From contig CAAEOE010000013.1 in NCBI GenBank assembly GCA_900757505.1, positions 29,193 through 93,192 on the forward strand: DNA of 64,000 bases, read 5' to 3'. Numbering within the stretch: the stretch's first letter is position 1; the number at the start of each line of letters is the position of its first letter. Under the pieces are notes generated by a model. The model saw only the letters and a program-made list of their open reading frames with translations. It did no database searches and had not been told where the DNA came from. This document shows positions 1 to 10,963 of the stretch, one piece after another. The stretch is from an uncultured Collinsella sp. (GTDB lineage Bacteria > Actinomycetota > Coriobacteriia > Coriobacteriales > Coriobacteriaceae). The position numbers and the translations under genes are program-made.

Positions 1-1
1 T

Positions 2-3000
2 AAACTGGAGGCGGGTTCCCTCGATCCCTCTGGAGCAGTTCACATTGAGGGCAACGCCGAGTTCACCATGACGGGTGGTGAGATCAAGAACAACGTAGTG
101 ACTGGCAACGGCAAAGGCGGCGGAGTGTGTGTGGTCGACCCGGGCTGTCAGGGCCGCGAAAACGGGAATACTGCTTTCACCATGCAGGGCGGCTCCGTAT
201 CTGGCAACTCCGCTTCCGCCGGCGGAGGCGTCTATAGCTATTCGGATGGCGTCACGCTCAGCGCGGGCGAGATTAAGGACAATACTGCTTGGAGCATGGG
301 CGGCGGCGTGTATAGCGAAGGCAACGAGTATCTTGGCTATAGTACGCTCCATATCGAAAACGCTTGCGTTGTTGATAACCATGCGGATGGGCAGGGCGGC
401 GGCATGTGGTTCTGTCCGACCGGAGATGCCAAGGTCTACGTCCAGGACGGCGGCCTGATCGCCAGGAATACGGCCTATGAGGCGGGAGACGACTTTGTCT
501 TCACCGGCTTCAAAGACGCCAAATACAAACTGACCTTGGCCAACCGCGCTCCGGGCGGCGGAAAGGTCAGCTGGTACAGAGACGGTGGGCTGTTTAAGCC
601 CTACGGCACTATTGCGGCAACAAACCCCAAAATCCCGCGATTCTCGCCCGATGGCGACAACGGCGATCCCCTGTCCTTTACCGACGCCACGCCGAACGTC
701 GCGCTTAAATCTGTGATGAGCGAGGATGTGTATAACCTCGGCGGCGGCCAGGCGTCGCTGACGATCTCTGGCAATACGGCGCCGTTGGGAGGCGGCATCG
801 GCGCCAACGGCGGTGTCGTCATCGGCAGGTCCGAGAACATCGACATTCCAGTCGAAAAGGTCTGGCAGAACCCCAAGATCCCCCATCCTAATGAGGTCAA
901 AGTAAATCTCAAGAACGGCAAGACCGTCATCGATTCGATCACCCTGAGCGAGTCTGACGGCTGGGAGGGTGTTTTCTCTAACTTGCCGAAGTGTGATGCC
1001 TCCGGCGCCGTGATCGACTACACCGTGGCCGAGGACGCCGTCGAGGGCTACAGCTCCAAGGTCTCCGGCGACGCCGAGCGCGGCTTCACCGTGACCAACG
1101 CCGTGAAGACGGGCGAGCTCGACGTCTCCAAGGCCGTCGCGGCGCGCGAGGGCCTGGCGGTCGACGCGGACAAGACATTTGAGTTTGCGGTCGAGGCCAC
1201 CGATGCCGCGGGCCACGGCGTGTCCGGCGCCTACGGTGACGCGACGTTCAAGGACGGCAAGGCGACCCTCAAGCTCAAGGATGGCCAGACGGCGAGGATC
1301 ACGGGGCTGCCCGCGGGAACCGCCTACACGGTGACCGAACGTGCCGCCGATGGCTACAAGGCCGCGGTGAACGGAGCTGAGGGATCCAAGGCCGATGGCT
1401 CCATCGCGGCAGACAAGGTCTCCTCCTCCGCCTTCACCAACACCTTCGACCCCGCCCCCGCCACGGCGTCCGTCCCCGAGCTCACCAAGGTGCTCGCGGG
1501 CGGCCGCAAGCCCGGCCTCCAGGAGGGGGAGTTCGCCTTTGAGCTCTCCCTCGCCGACGGCGCGGGCAATGTGCTCGAGGGCTACCCGATCGAGGCGAAG
1601 AATGACAAGGACGGCAAGGTTTCCTTTGGCGAGCTCAGCTTCACCAATCCGGGTACCTACCACGCGACCGTGACCGAGAAGGCAAGCGGCGATGTCCTGA
1701 TTGAGGACGATGCGCATGCCTACACCTTCGACGTCACGGTGACTCAGACCGGCGCCGGCCTTAAGGCCGAGATCTCCAACGAGCGGGGCAAGAAGACCTT
1801 CACCAACACCTTCACGCCGCACGACAACACCAAGACCGTCACCAAGGCGAACGCCTCGGGCGCCAAGGTCGATGTGGATGGCAAGCCGGTGGGCGTAGGC
1901 GATATCCTCACCTATACCATCGGCTGGGCCAATAACAGCGTCGACGACAGGGGCGCCGCGCAGGCGGCCGACGTGACGGTGACCGATGTCCTGCCCAAGG
2001 GCGTTAACTATGTTGAGGGTTCTGCCGACGGTGCCGCCTACGACGCCGCGACGCGCACCCTTACCTGGTCGCTCGGCGAGCAGGCTGCGGGCGCCACGGG
2101 CACGCTCAGCTTTGACGTGAAGGTCTCCGCCGAAGCCGCCGTGGTCGACGACATCTCCAACACCGCCACGGTCAAGGTGGGGGAGAACGAATCCCAGACC
2201 AACACGACCCACAACAGCGTGTCCCGCGAGGGCAGCCTCACCGTCAAGAAGACGGTCGTCGGCGGCGACAGCCAGCGAGAGTTCGGCTTTACGGTCGCGC
2301 TGACCGACGGGGACGGCGAGCCCGTCTCCGGCACCTTCGGCAAGGGCGAGCACGCCGTGACGTTCGCGGACGGCAAGACGACCTTCACGCTTAAGGACGG
2401 TGGGGAGAAGACCGTCGCCGGCCTGCCCGTGGGCGCGCGCTACACCGTGACCGAGGATGCCGCCGAGGGCTACACGACCACTGCCGAGGGGGCCGAGGGC
2501 ATCGTGACCGAGGCCGGCGCGACCGCGGCGTTCACCAACACGTACGGTACGGCCACCGAGGGCAGGGACGTCTCCACCGCGGGGCTCTTCACCAAGACGC
2601 TCGAGGGCCGCGACTGGGCGGAGGGCGATAGCTTCCAGTTCACGCTCACGGGCGAGGACGGCGCTCCCATGCCTGAGGGATCTGCCGACGGCTCCAAGAC
2701 CGTCAGCGTGACGGCCGCCGGCACCAAGGCGGGCGATAGGGTCGCCTTCGACTTCGGCCCCATCCGCTACACGCTCAATGACATCAAGGACGCCGGGTTC
2801 GCCGAGGTCGGCGGCAAGCGCGTGCGCGCCAAGACCTTCACCTACACGGTGCGCGAGGTCAGGCCCGATGACGGCTCGGCTATCGCCGGCGTGGCCTACG
2901 ACGGCCACGTCGCCACGATGACGGTGACCGTGACCGACGACGGCTCCGGCAACCTCACGGCCACGACGCCCGCGATCGCGGAGGTGAGCGGCGGCGACTT

Positions 3001-5368
3001 CGTCAACACCTACACGACCAAGCTCGACTACTCGGCCCGCGCGGGCGTGCGCCTGTCCAAGACGCTCTCCGGCCGCTCCATGGAGGCGGGGCAGTTCGCC
3101 TTCACCGTGACCGCCGACGCCGAGACGGCCGCCAAGCTCGGCCTCAAGACCGGCAAGGACGCCTATACCGTTTCCGCGGCCGATGACGGTGCGGCCGACC
3201 TGGTCGACCTCATCGGCGGGACCGCGGGGGGCGACGTGAAGTTTACCGACGCCGACGCGGACAAGACCTACAGCTTCACCGTCACCGAGACCAAGCTCGG
3301 CGGCGAGGGCTACACCAACGACACCGCGCCGCGCACGGTGACCATCGCGCCCGCCTACGACGCCGCGACGGGCAAGCTTACGGTCACGACCACGGTTGCC
3401 AGGGACGGTGTCGAGGTCGCCCGCGGCGAGGTCTCCACGGCAGATGACGCCATGGCGGCGCCCGCGCCCGTGACGGTCGCGTTCCAGAACTCCTACGAGG
3501 CCACCGGAACGCTCGGCGGCGAGGGCAACGTGGCAATTAATGCCACCAAGACGCTGACGGGCCGCGCCGCGAAGGCGGGCGAGTTCCCGTTCTCCGTCCG
3601 CGATGCCCGGGGCAACGTGGTCGCGACCGCGACCAACCAGGCCTCCGGCGACGGCGAGGCCGCGGGACTTGCGTTCTCGCCTATTGCCTACACTACTGAC
3701 GCGCTCGAGCGGATGGTGGGAGACGGCACCGCTACCAGGGCCGACGACGGCTCCTGGGTCATTCCCTATACCGTTTCCGAGGACGGTACGGACCGGCTGC
3801 CTGCGGGCGTGACGGCGGCCACGTCAAGCTTCGGCATCACGGTCAAGGTGACCGATAACGGCAAGGGCGGGCTGGATGTGACCGTGGTCTACCCCGAGGG
3901 CTCCGACGGCACGCTGTCGTTTGTGAATGCCTATAGCGCCGGCGAGGCGACGGTCGACCTCGCGGGCACCAAGACGTTGGCGCTCGGCCAGGCCGGACTC
4001 GGCCTCACGCAGGCCGACATCGCGGGCAAGTACACCTTTAAGATTGAGCCGCTGGACGGCGCGCCCGCGCCGATCGACGCCTCTGGCAAGACGGTGACCG
4101 AGGCGACCAACGACGCCGCCGGAAACGTCGAGCTGGGCCACGTCACGTTTAAGCAGCCGGGCGACCTCGATGACGTCGAGATCGACGGCGACGGCCTGCG
4201 TACCAAGACGTTTGCCTACCGGGTGAGCGAGTCCGGTTCGGTCGACGGCGTGGCCAATGACGCGACGGCGACCAGGACCTTCACGGTCAGGGTGGTCGAG
4301 GACACCAACGCGGGCACGCTCGCCGCGGAGGTCCTGCCCGCAGAGGGCACGCCCGAGGGCAAGGGCGCGTTCGAGTTCACCAACACCTACGGCGTGAATC
4401 CGACGCCGAGCTCCGTCACCGACCAGATCAAGGTGAACAAGAAGCTCAAGGGCCGTGACCTGGCCGAGGGCGAGTTCGAGTTCCAGCTGGTCGAGATTGC
4501 CGCCGACGGCAGCGAGAGCGTCGCGGCGACGGGCAAGAACGCCGCCGACGGCACGGTCACGCTCAGCCCCGTCCCCTACACCGCGCCCGGCGCGCACAGC
4601 TACGAGCTGCGCGAGGTCGCCGGCACGGCGGGCGGCGTGACATACGACAGGGCGACGTACCACGTGCGCACGACGGTCACCGATGCCGGCAACGGCACGC
4701 TCGCCGTCAAACACGAGCTCATGGATGCCGAGGGCAATGCCGCGAACGACACCTCGGTGACCTTCACCAACGGCTACCAGGCCGCACCCGTCACCCTCAA
4801 GCTGGGCGCCGCCAAGGTGCTCAAGGGCGCCGAGCTCAAGGCGGGCCAGTTTAGCTTTGAGCTCAAGAGCCGGGACGGCAAGGTCATGTCGACCGCCAAG
4901 AATGCCGCCGACGGCAGCGTCACGTTCGATGCACTGACCTTCAAGCAGGCTGGCACCTACACCTTCACGGTGAGCGAGGCCGACGACGGCCAGGCGCACG
5001 TGACCTACGACAAGGTGGTGCACAAGATCGTCGTCACGGTGAGCGACGAGGCGGCAGACGGCACCAAGACGGGCTATCTGTCGGCGAAGGTCTCCTACGA
5101 GGGCGACGCCAACATACCGCCGGTCTTCACCAATAGCTATGCCGAGAATCCCGGGACCCCCGGCACCCCCGAGAACCCCGGCACGCCGGGCGGCGGCTCA
5201 GGTGGCGGTTCCGATAACGGCTCCGGCGGCAGCTCCGGCGACGGCTCCAAGGGCGGTATGCCCGACACCGGCGATCGCAGCCTGCCGGCGGCAGCGCTCG
5301 CGGTCATGGCCGGTATCGGCGCTCTGACCGTCGTGGGCGGCGCGGTCCTGTACCGCAGGCGCCGCTAG
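2..5368 (+). CDS. Giant sortase-anchored surface protein, 5'-truncated by the window. Gly-rich beta-helix-like N-part, CnaB-like and repeated Spy0128/FctA-like Ig domains
   Basis: Frame is open from base 2. Repeated 'K.L.GR.L..GEF.F ... FTNTY' modules and a GG-rich N-terminal region. C-terminus has a PGTP/Gly linker, MPDTG, a hydrophobic helix and an RRRR tail. Confidence 0.9.
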   Translation, partial: KLEAGSLDPSGAVHIEGNAEFTMTGGEIKNNVVTGNGKGGGVCVVDPGCQGRENGNTAFTMQGGSVSGNSASAGGGVYSYSDGVTLSAGEIKDNTAWSMGGGVYSEGNEYLGYSTLHIENACVVDNHADGQGGGMWFCPTGDAKVYVQDGGLIARNTAYEAGDDFVFTGFKDAKYKLTLANRAPGGGKVSWYRDGGLFKPYGTIAATNPKIPRFSPDGDNGDPLSFTDATPNVALKSVMSEDVYNLGGGQASLTISGNTAPLGGGIGANGGVVIGRSENIDIPVEKVWQNPKIPHPNEVKVNLKNGKTVIDSITLSESDGWEGVFSNLPKCDASGAVIDYTVAEDAVEGYSSKVSGDAERGFTVTNAVKTGELDVSKAVAAREGLAVDADKTFEFAVEATDAAGHGVSGAYGDATFKDGKATLKLKDGQTARITGLPAGTAYTVTERAADGYKAAVNGAEGSKADGSIAADKVSSSAFTNTFDPAPATASVPELTKVLAGGRKPGLQEGEFAFELSLADGAGNVLEGYPIEAKNDKDGKVSFGELSFTNPGTYHATVTEKASGDVLIEDDAHAYTFDVTVTQTGAGLKAEISNERGKKTFTNTFTPHDNTKTVTKANASGAKVDVDGKPVGVGDILTYTIGWANNSVDDRGAAQAADVTVTDVLPKGVNYVEGSADGAAYDAATRTLTWSLGEQAAGATGTLSFDVKVSAEAAVVDDISNTATVKVGENESQTNTTHNSVSREGSLTVKKTVVGGDSQREFGFTVALTDGDGEPVSGTFGKGEHAVTFADGKTTFTLKDGGEKTVAGLPVGARYTVTEDAAEGYTTTAEGAEGIVTEAGATAAFTNTYGTATEGRDVSTAGLFTKTLEGRDWAEGDSFQFTLTGEDGAPMPEGSADGSKTVSVTAAGTKAGDRVAFDFGPIRYTLNDIKDAGFAEVGGKRVRAKTFTYTVREVRPDDGSAIAGVAYDGHVATMTVTVTDDGSGNLTATTPAIAEVSGGDFVNTYTTKLDYSARAGVRLSKTLSGRSMEAGQFAFTVTADAETAAKLGLKTGKDAYTVSAADDGAADLVDLIGGTAGGDVKFTDADADKTYSFTVTETKLGGEGYTNDTAPRTVTIAPAYDAATGKLTVTTTVARDGVEVARGEVSTADDAMAAPAPVTVAFQNSYEATGTLGGEGNVAINATKTLTGRAAKAGEFPFSVRDARGNVVATATNQASGDGEAAGLAFSPIAYTTDALERMVGDGTATRADDGSWVIPYTVSEDGTDRLPAGVTAATSSFGITVKVTDNGKGGLDVTVVYPEGSDGTLSFVNAYSAGEATVDLAGTKTLALGQAGLGLTQADIAGKYTFKIEPLDGAPAPIDASGKTVTEATNDAAGNVELGHVTFKQPGDLDDVEIDGDGLRTKTFAYRVSESGSVDGVANDATATRTFTVRVVEDTNAGTLAAEVLPAEGTPEGKGAFEFTNTYGVNPTPSSVTDQIKVNKKLKGRDLAEGEFEFQLVEIAADGSESVAATGKNAADGTVTLSPVPYTAPGAHSYELREVAGTAGGVTYDRATYHVRTTVTDAGNGTLAVKHELMDAEGNAANDTSVTFTNGYQAAPVTLKLGAAKVLKGAELKAGQFSFELKSRDGKVMSTAKNAADGSVTFDALTFKQAGTYTFTVSEADDGQAHVTYDKVVHKIVVTVSDEAADGTKTGYLSAKVSYEGDANIPPVFTNSYAENPGTPGTPENPGTPGGGSGGGSDNGSGGSSGDGSKGGMPDTGDRSLPAAALAVMAGIGALTVVGGAVLYRRRR

Positions 5369-5379
5369 CGATATGAACG

Positions 5380-5414
5380 AGTGGGGCGAATCCATCCGAT
5401 GGGTTCGCCCCACT
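5380..5414 (+). terminator. Hairpin after the surface protein gene
   Basis: agtggggcgaa-tccatccgatggg-ttcgccccact inverted repeat just after the stop codon. Confidence 0.55.
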
Positions 5415-5442
5415 TGCCGTGACGGGCGGGAGCAGGTAAGAT
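5414..5442 (+). promoter_or_regulatory. Putative sigma70-type promoter of ffs
   Basis: TTGCCG (5414-5419), 17-bp spacer, TAAGAT (5437-5442), about 7 nt upstream of the SRP stem. Confidence 0.6.
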
Positions 5443-5448
5443 ATACCG

Positions 5449-5572
5449 AGCGCCTAGCGCGTTCGATGGGTTCGGATGACGACATGTTCCGAATCTGGTC
5501 AGGTCCGGAAGGAAGCAGCCATAAGGAGCCTCTGTCGGGCATCCGAATCCATCGAGCGCACGGGCGCTTTTT
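5449..5572 (+). ncRNA. ffs: Signal recognition particle RNA (small type, 4.5S-like)
   Basis: Canonical SRP helix-8 motif GGTCAGGTCCGGAAGGAAGCAGCC at 5497-5520, inside a long stem (gcgcgttcgatgggttcggatg / catccgaatccatcgagcgc) followed by a T run. Confidence 0.92.
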
Positions 5573-5586
5573 TGGTGCCGCGATGC

Positions 5587-5681
5587 GGTCCCGGTGTCGG
5601 CGGGCTGTTTGGTGCCTCGCTGGTCCTCGGCTTTGCCTGCGGGATCGCTCGACTACCAAACAGCCCACCGGCACCGGGACC
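5587..5681. repeat. Intergenic palindromic element
   Basis: Arms ggtcccggtgtcggcgggctgtttggt (5587-5613) and accaaacagcccaccggcaccgggacc (5655-5681). Confidence 0.75.
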
Positions 5682-5907
5682 ACTTCGTCCAAAAATCACC
5701 CGTAAAGGCGCGTTAGCCTAATTAAATCTATCCCTTAAGGAATGCTGCTCGCTGGCGTTGTTTGGAGCGCGGTGGCGATGTGCTTCAAGAGACAGTGGCA
5801 TTACCATTTGTTTTTACAAGTAAAGAGGTCCGTTTCTCTGGGTTGGGGAAACGGGCCTCTTTTTTTCTCTGGGCTTGTAGATTGGCGAAGGCGATATGCT
5901 CTGTCGG

Positions 5908-6878
5908 CTATTTTGAGTTCTTGAGGCGGAGTGTGGCTGCGGTGGTTATTCCGAGTCCTGCGGCGGCGATTCCTGCGAGTGCGATTGCGCTCGGTGCTGT
6001 GTCGCCCGTGTTTGCGAGCTTGCCGTCGGTCGTATCTGCTTGCTTGGTGGAGCTCGATGGAGCGTATTTGCCGGTCGCGGGCGAGCTGGCGGGCTGTGCC
6101 GTTTCGGCCGGCTGCGCTGAGCTGGAGGGTTTTGTCGTCTCGGCGGGTTTCGTTATCTCGGGCGAGGTGGCCTTGTCTGCCGCGGCCTTTGCCTCTTCGT
6201 ATGCCTTGCAGGCGTCGTCATAGGCCGCTTGCGCCTTTTCCAAATCGCTAAGGAGCGCATCTCGCTTGGCTACGTCCTCATCGATGTGGGCTTTGGCTTC
6301 CTCTGCCTCACTTTCGAAATACTGAACCTGTTTTTCCTGGCTTTCGAGCCGGCGTTGGCAGTGGTGAAGATCATCTTCACAAGATTTTTCTCGCCTTTCT
6401 GCCGACATGATCTCACTTCGCAACTGCTTAATAGTTTCGTTAGAAGCTCCGTCGTCGATTGCCTTATTTAATTCTGTCTGAAGGCCGCTTGTCCGGTAGT
6501 GGGCCTCATCGTATTTGGCTTGGGCTGCACCGACGTTCGCTTGCATGGCGGGAAGGCGTTCCCTCCGTTTGGCGGCTTCCGTCACCACCATGTCGTAGAT
6601 CTCTTGAAAAGCGGCAATGTCATCATCGATTACCGCAATTTTCTCAGGACTTGCGGCGTCTTTTGCGACCTCGAGGTTTTTGAGCGCTTCCTGCATGGCT
6701 GCATACGCTTTTTCTTTTGCGGCGGTCGCATCTTCCGTCTGCAAGGCAACTGCACCGGTGGGGGAACTGGTTTCTGCCGCGATCGCCGTTACGGGGGGGC
6801 GATTCCCGCGACAAGCGCCGCGGAAAGGGCGATGCCCACAGTTGCTCGTCTTGCTCTTCTTGCGAGAATGTCGTTCAT
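5908..6878 (-). pseudogene. Coiled-coil LPXTG-type (LANTG) surface protein, frameshifted at a C7 tract in the signal peptide (pseudogene or phase-OFF)
   Basis: RBS GAGGTG plus ATG at 6878 encodes MNDILARRARRATVGIALSAALVAGIAPP*. The mature coiled-coil/LANTG/TM part is in another frame. The junction is the homopolymer at 6793-6799. Confidence 0.75.
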
Positions 6879-7107
6879 CTCGGCACCTCATTTCAAGGGT
6901 CGGCGACTAACTTGGTAGCACTAATGTAAGTATACCAAGCTAGTTGACCCGACACTGGCTGGGTGTGCGCGTGCCTCTCCGCTTCTCTGGAAACCCTTCT
7001 CTGGAAACCGAATCCCATTAGAAATGACGAGCTGCTTACGCAATTATGGGCTCACCGTACTATCATGGTTCGAATTGAGCGTGAATGATGATAGGGAGCG
7101 CCTTTTT

Positions 7108-8982
7108 ATGATTGAGCTGCTCAGGCGTTTTGGTGGTAAGTATCGCCGGTATATGGTGATTGGCCCTGCGTGCAAGCTGATCGAAGTGATCTTTGACCTG
7201 CTGACGCCGCTGGTGATTGCCCAGATGATCGATAAGGGCATTGGCTCGCACGACGTGAATGCCGTTATCCACTACGGCATGGTACTTGGCGCCATGGCTG
7301 TGATCGGCATCTCGTTTACGCTCGTCTGCCAAAAGATGGCGGCGCTGACCTCGCAGGGCATGGGCACCGATATCCGTGGTGCACTCTACCAGCACATCAA
7401 CAAGCTGAGCTATGCCGAACTCGATCGCTTTGGCACGCCGTCGCTCATCACGCGCATCACCAACGACGTCAATCAGGTGCAGCTTGCCGTGGCGCTGGGC
7501 GTGCGCATGCTCATCCGCTGGCCTTTCCTGGCGGTGGGCTCCATGATTGCGGCCCTTGCCATCGACCTTAAGCTCGGCATGATCTTTTTGATTTGCACGC
7601 CCGCCATCGGCTTGGTGTTTTGGTTTGTCATGGCGCGCTGCATCCCGTACTACAAACAGCTGCAGGCAAAGCTCGACCGCATTGCGCTCATTTGCCGCGA
7701 GGGGCTTTCGGGCGCCCGTGTGGTTCGTGCCTTTGTGCGCGAGGGTCACGAACGTGGGCGTTTTGCCCAGGCGGCCGATGACCAGGCGCGGGTCGCAATC
7801 GCGGTGGGCAAGCTCTCGTCGATTCTCAACCCCGTCACGTTTCTTGTGATGAACCTGGGCGTGTGCGCCATCCTGTGGGTGGGTGGCGTCCAGGTCAACG
7901 TGGGCGAGCTCACGCAGGGCCAGGTCATGGCGTTTGTCAACTACATGACGCAGACCCTGACCTCCATCGTGTATGTCGCCAACCTGGTCGTGGTCTTTAC
8001 CAAGGCGAGCGCCAGTGCGTCGCGTCTCAACGAGGTGCTCAATTGCGTGCCGAGCATTACCGACGAGGGCAACCGGCCGGTTGCGCTGCCCGAGCCGAGC
8101 GAACTGGCGGGTGGCGCTGCTCCAGTCCCCGCGCTGAGCTTGAGCCATGCGAGCTTCTCCTTTGGCGCGGGCGCCGCCAACGCCGTCAATGACGTGACCC
8201 TGGAGCTGCCGCTGGGCAAAACGCTCGGCATTATCGGCGGCACGGGTAGCGGTAAGTCGACGCTCGTCTCGCTTATCCCGCGCCTGTACGACACGGGCGC
8301 CGGCAGCGTGAGCGTAATGGGTGCCGATGTGCGAGCCTGGCCGCTCGATCAGCTGCGCCATGTGGTCGCGACTGTTCCACAGCGCGCGTCGCTCGTGAGC
8401 GGCACCATCCGCAGCAACCTGACCTGGCGTGACGAGGCGGCAACCGACGAGGAGCTCTGGGCGGCGCTCGATATGGCGCAAGCGAGCGAGTTCGTGCGCA
8501 ACAAGCCGCAGGGGCTCGACGCCCCGGTCGAGGCGGAAGGCAAGAACTTCAGCGGCGGTCAGCGCCAGCGCCTGACCATTGCGCGTGCCCTGGTGGGCTC
8601 GCCGCAGATTCTGATTATGGATGACTCCGCCTCGGCGCTCGACTTTAAGACCGACGCGGCGCTTCGCCACGCCATCCGCGAGCGCAGCGTACGCGGTGCC
8701 GCCGCGGGCGGGATCCCGCTGACCACGGTGATCGTGAGCCAGCGCGTCTCGACCGTGCGCGATGCCGACATGATCTGCGTGCTCGACCACGGCTCGGTCG
8801 CGGGCCTGGGTACGAACGACGTGCTGTACGCAAGCTGCCAACTCTATCGCGAGATTTGCCAGTCGCAGCTGCGCCGCGAAGAGCTCGAGGGTCAGCAGGG
8901 GAGTGCGACACCCGCGTCCGTCCCAAGTCCCGCGTCCGCCTCGGCTGCCCCGGCATCCACTTGCGCAAAGGAGGGCTGCTAG
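7108..8982 (+). CDS. ABC exporter fused permease/ATPase, heterodimer subunit with degenerate site
   Basis: TM domain, Walker A GGTGSGKS, FSGGQRQR, Walker B ILIMDDS. Confidence 0.93.
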   Translation: MIELLRRFGGKYRRYMVIGPACKLIEVIFDLLTPLVIAQMIDKGIGSHDVNAVIHYGMVLGAMAVIGISFTLVCQKMAALTSQGMGTDIRGALYQHINKLSYAELDRFGTPSLITRITNDVNQVQLAVALGVRMLIRWPFLAVGSMIAALAIDLKLGMIFLICTPAIGLVFWFVMARCIPYYKQLQAKLDRIALICREGLSGARVVRAFVREGHERGRFAQAADDQARVAIAVGKLSSILNPVTFLVMNLGVCAILWVGGVQVNVGELTQGQVMAFVNYMTQTLTSIVYVANLVVVFTKASASASRLNEVLNCVPSITDEGNRPVALPEPSELAGGAAPVPALSLSHASFSFGAGAANAVNDVTLELPLGKTLGIIGGTGSGKSTLVSLIPRLYDTGAGSVSVMGADVRAWPLDQLRHVVATVPQRASLVSGTIRSNLTWRDEAATDEELWAALDMAQASEFVRNKPQGLDAPVEAEGKNFSGGQRQRLTIARALVGSPQILIMDDSASALDFKTDAALRHAIRERSVRGAAAGGIPLTTVIVSQRVSTVRDADMICVLDHGSVAGLGTNDVLYASCQLYREICQSQLRREELEGQQGSATPASVPSPASASAAPASTCAKEGC

Positions 8983-10842
8983 ATGAACCCGTACACTTCC
9001 TCCGGTTCGGTCGCCACGATGACGGCCAACGTGTCCGGCAACGATAACCTCAACGACTTGGGTGATGGCCCGCATCGGCCCGGCGACCCCGAGCGCTACC
9101 CCGTGAGCGTGGTGACTCGCCGCCTACTGGGCTACGTCCGTCCGCACCGCGTCTCGTTTGCGGCGTCGTTTGTGAGCGCCGCCATCTCGGTGATCTTGCA
9201 GCTCTACACGCCCATCCTTATTGGCGAGGGCATCGACTTCATCGTCGCGGCGGGTCAGGTGGACTTCGACGCCTTGCTGCCGCTTGTTACCAAACTCGCC
9301 CTCGTCGTGGTGGGGGCCGCGGCCTTCCAGTGGCTGCAAGGCTATTGCGTCAACCGCCTGTCCTACGAGACGGTGCGCGACATGCGCGTGGAGGCAAGCG
9401 ACAAGCTCAGCCGTATGCCGCTCAGCTTTATCGACGGCCACGCCCACGGCGACCTCATGAGCCGTGTGGTCAACGACGTCGATCAGGTGGGTGACGGCCT
9501 GCTGCAGGGCTTTACGCAGCTCTTTACCGGCGTTATCACCATCGTTGGCACGCTCGCATTTATGCTCTCCATCAACCTGACCATGACTCTTGTGGTGGTG
9601 CTCGTCACGCCGCTTTCCATCTTTGCGGCCGGTGCCATCGCCAAGCTTTCCAATAAGAGCTTCACAGCTCAACAGTGCATCCAGGGCCAACTCGGCGGTC
9701 ATATCGAGGAGTATGTGGGTGAGCAAAAGCTCGTGGACGCCTTCGCCTACGGCCCGCACGCTCAACAGCGCTTCGATGTCCTCAACGCCGAGCTCTATAC
9801 GGCGGGCGAGCGCGCGCAGTTTATGGGTTCGCTTTCCAACCCCGGAACGCGCTTTATCAATAACATCATCTACGCCGTGGTCGCCGTGATCGGCTGCGCG
9901 GGCGTGATCACAGGCGTGCCCGCGACGCTCACGGTGGGCGGCGTACAGATCTTCCTGTCCTACGCCAACCAGTACACTAAGCCGTTCAACGAGGTCACGA
10001 ACGTCATCACGCAGATCCAGACCGCGTACGCCTCGGCGCGCCGCATGTTCGCGTTGCTCGATGCGTGCGAACAGGAGCCCGACGCTGTGGATGCCATTGA
10101 ACTCGCCGCCCCGAAGGGCGAGGTTTCGTTTGAGCATGTGGACTTTAGCTATATGCCCGACCGCAGACTGTTGCAGGATATCTGCATCGACGCCAAGCCC
10201 GGTATGCGCATTGCCCTCGTCGGTCCCACGGGCTGTGGCAAGACAACGCTCATCAATTTGCTGCTGCGGTTCTACGATATCGATGCCGGTCGCATCGCGG
10301 TCGATGGCCGTTCCTCGCGTGACTACACGCGCGCAAGCCTGCGCCGTGCCTTTGGCATGGTACTGCAGGACACTTGGCTGTTTGAGGGCACGGTGGCGGA
10401 AAACATCGCTTACGGTTGTCCCGATGCCACACGCGAACAGGTTATCGAGGCGGCCAAACGCGCGCATGCGCACAAGTTTATCGTGCAGCTGCCAGGCGGC
10501 TACGACACGGTGATTGGCGAGGACGGCGGCACGTTTAGCCAGGGTCAAAAACAGCTGCTGTGCATCGCGCGCGTCATGCTCACCGACCCGGCGATTTTGC
10601 TGCTGGACGAGGCAACGTCGAGCATCGATACGCGTACCGAGCTGCAGGTGCAGGCGGCATTCGACGAGCTCATGGCAGGTCGCACAAGCTTTGTCGTGGC
10701 GCACCGCTTGAGCACCATCCGCAACGCCGACTGCATTCTGGTGATGCGCGACGGCGAGATTATCGAGCGCGGCACGCACGACGAGCTGCTAGCGGCAGGC
10801 GGCTTCTACGCCGAGCTCTACCGCAGTCAGTTCGCCCAGTAA
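8983..10842 (+). CDS. ABC exporter fused permease/ATPase, heterodimer partner
   Basis: GPTGCGKT, FSQGQKQ, LLLDEATS, AHRLST. Starts directly after the upstream stop. Confidence 0.93.
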   Translation: MNPYTSSGSVATMTANVSGNDNLNDLGDGPHRPGDPERYPVSVVTRRLLGYVRPHRVSFAASFVSAAISVILQLYTPILIGEGIDFIVAAGQVDFDALLPLVTKLALVVVGAAAFQWLQGYCVNRLSYETVRDMRVEASDKLSRMPLSFIDGHAHGDLMSRVVNDVDQVGDGLLQGFTQLFTGVITIVGTLAFMLSINLTMTLVVVLVTPLSIFAAGAIAKLSNKSFTAQQCIQGQLGGHIEEYVGEQKLVDAFAYGPHAQQRFDVLNAELYTAGERAQFMGSLSNPGTRFINNIIYAVVAVIGCAGVITGVPATLTVGGVQIFLSYANQYTKPFNEVTNVITQIQTAYASARRMFALLDACEQEPDAVDAIELAAPKGEVSFEHVDFSYMPDRRLLQDICIDAKPGMRIALVGPTGCGKTTLINLLLRFYDIDAGRIAVDGRSSRDYTRASLRRAFGMVLQDTWLFEGTVAENIAYGCPDATREQVIEAAKRAHAHKFIVQLPGGYDTVIGEDGGTFSQGQKQLLCIARVMLTDPAILLLDEATSSIDTRTELQVQAAFDELMAGRTSFVVAHRLSTIRNADCILVMRDGEIIERGTHDELLAAGGFYAELYRSQFAQ

Positions 10843-10963
10843 GCAAGCCCGTGGGGCAAATTAATCAATCGACAGACGGTGGTTTACATCTGTCACGTTA
10901 GTACTAAGATATTCATCTAATAAATTGCATTAGTGGCTTTAGTTTTGGGGGAAACGAGGCAAC

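Noticed and set aside
5373..5721. Small ORFs downstream of the surface protein
   Set aside because: They overlap the SRP RNA and a palindromic repeat and have no protein-like features.
6982..7010. Tandem cttctctggaaacc duplication
   Set aside because: A 14-bp local duplication with no further support for function.
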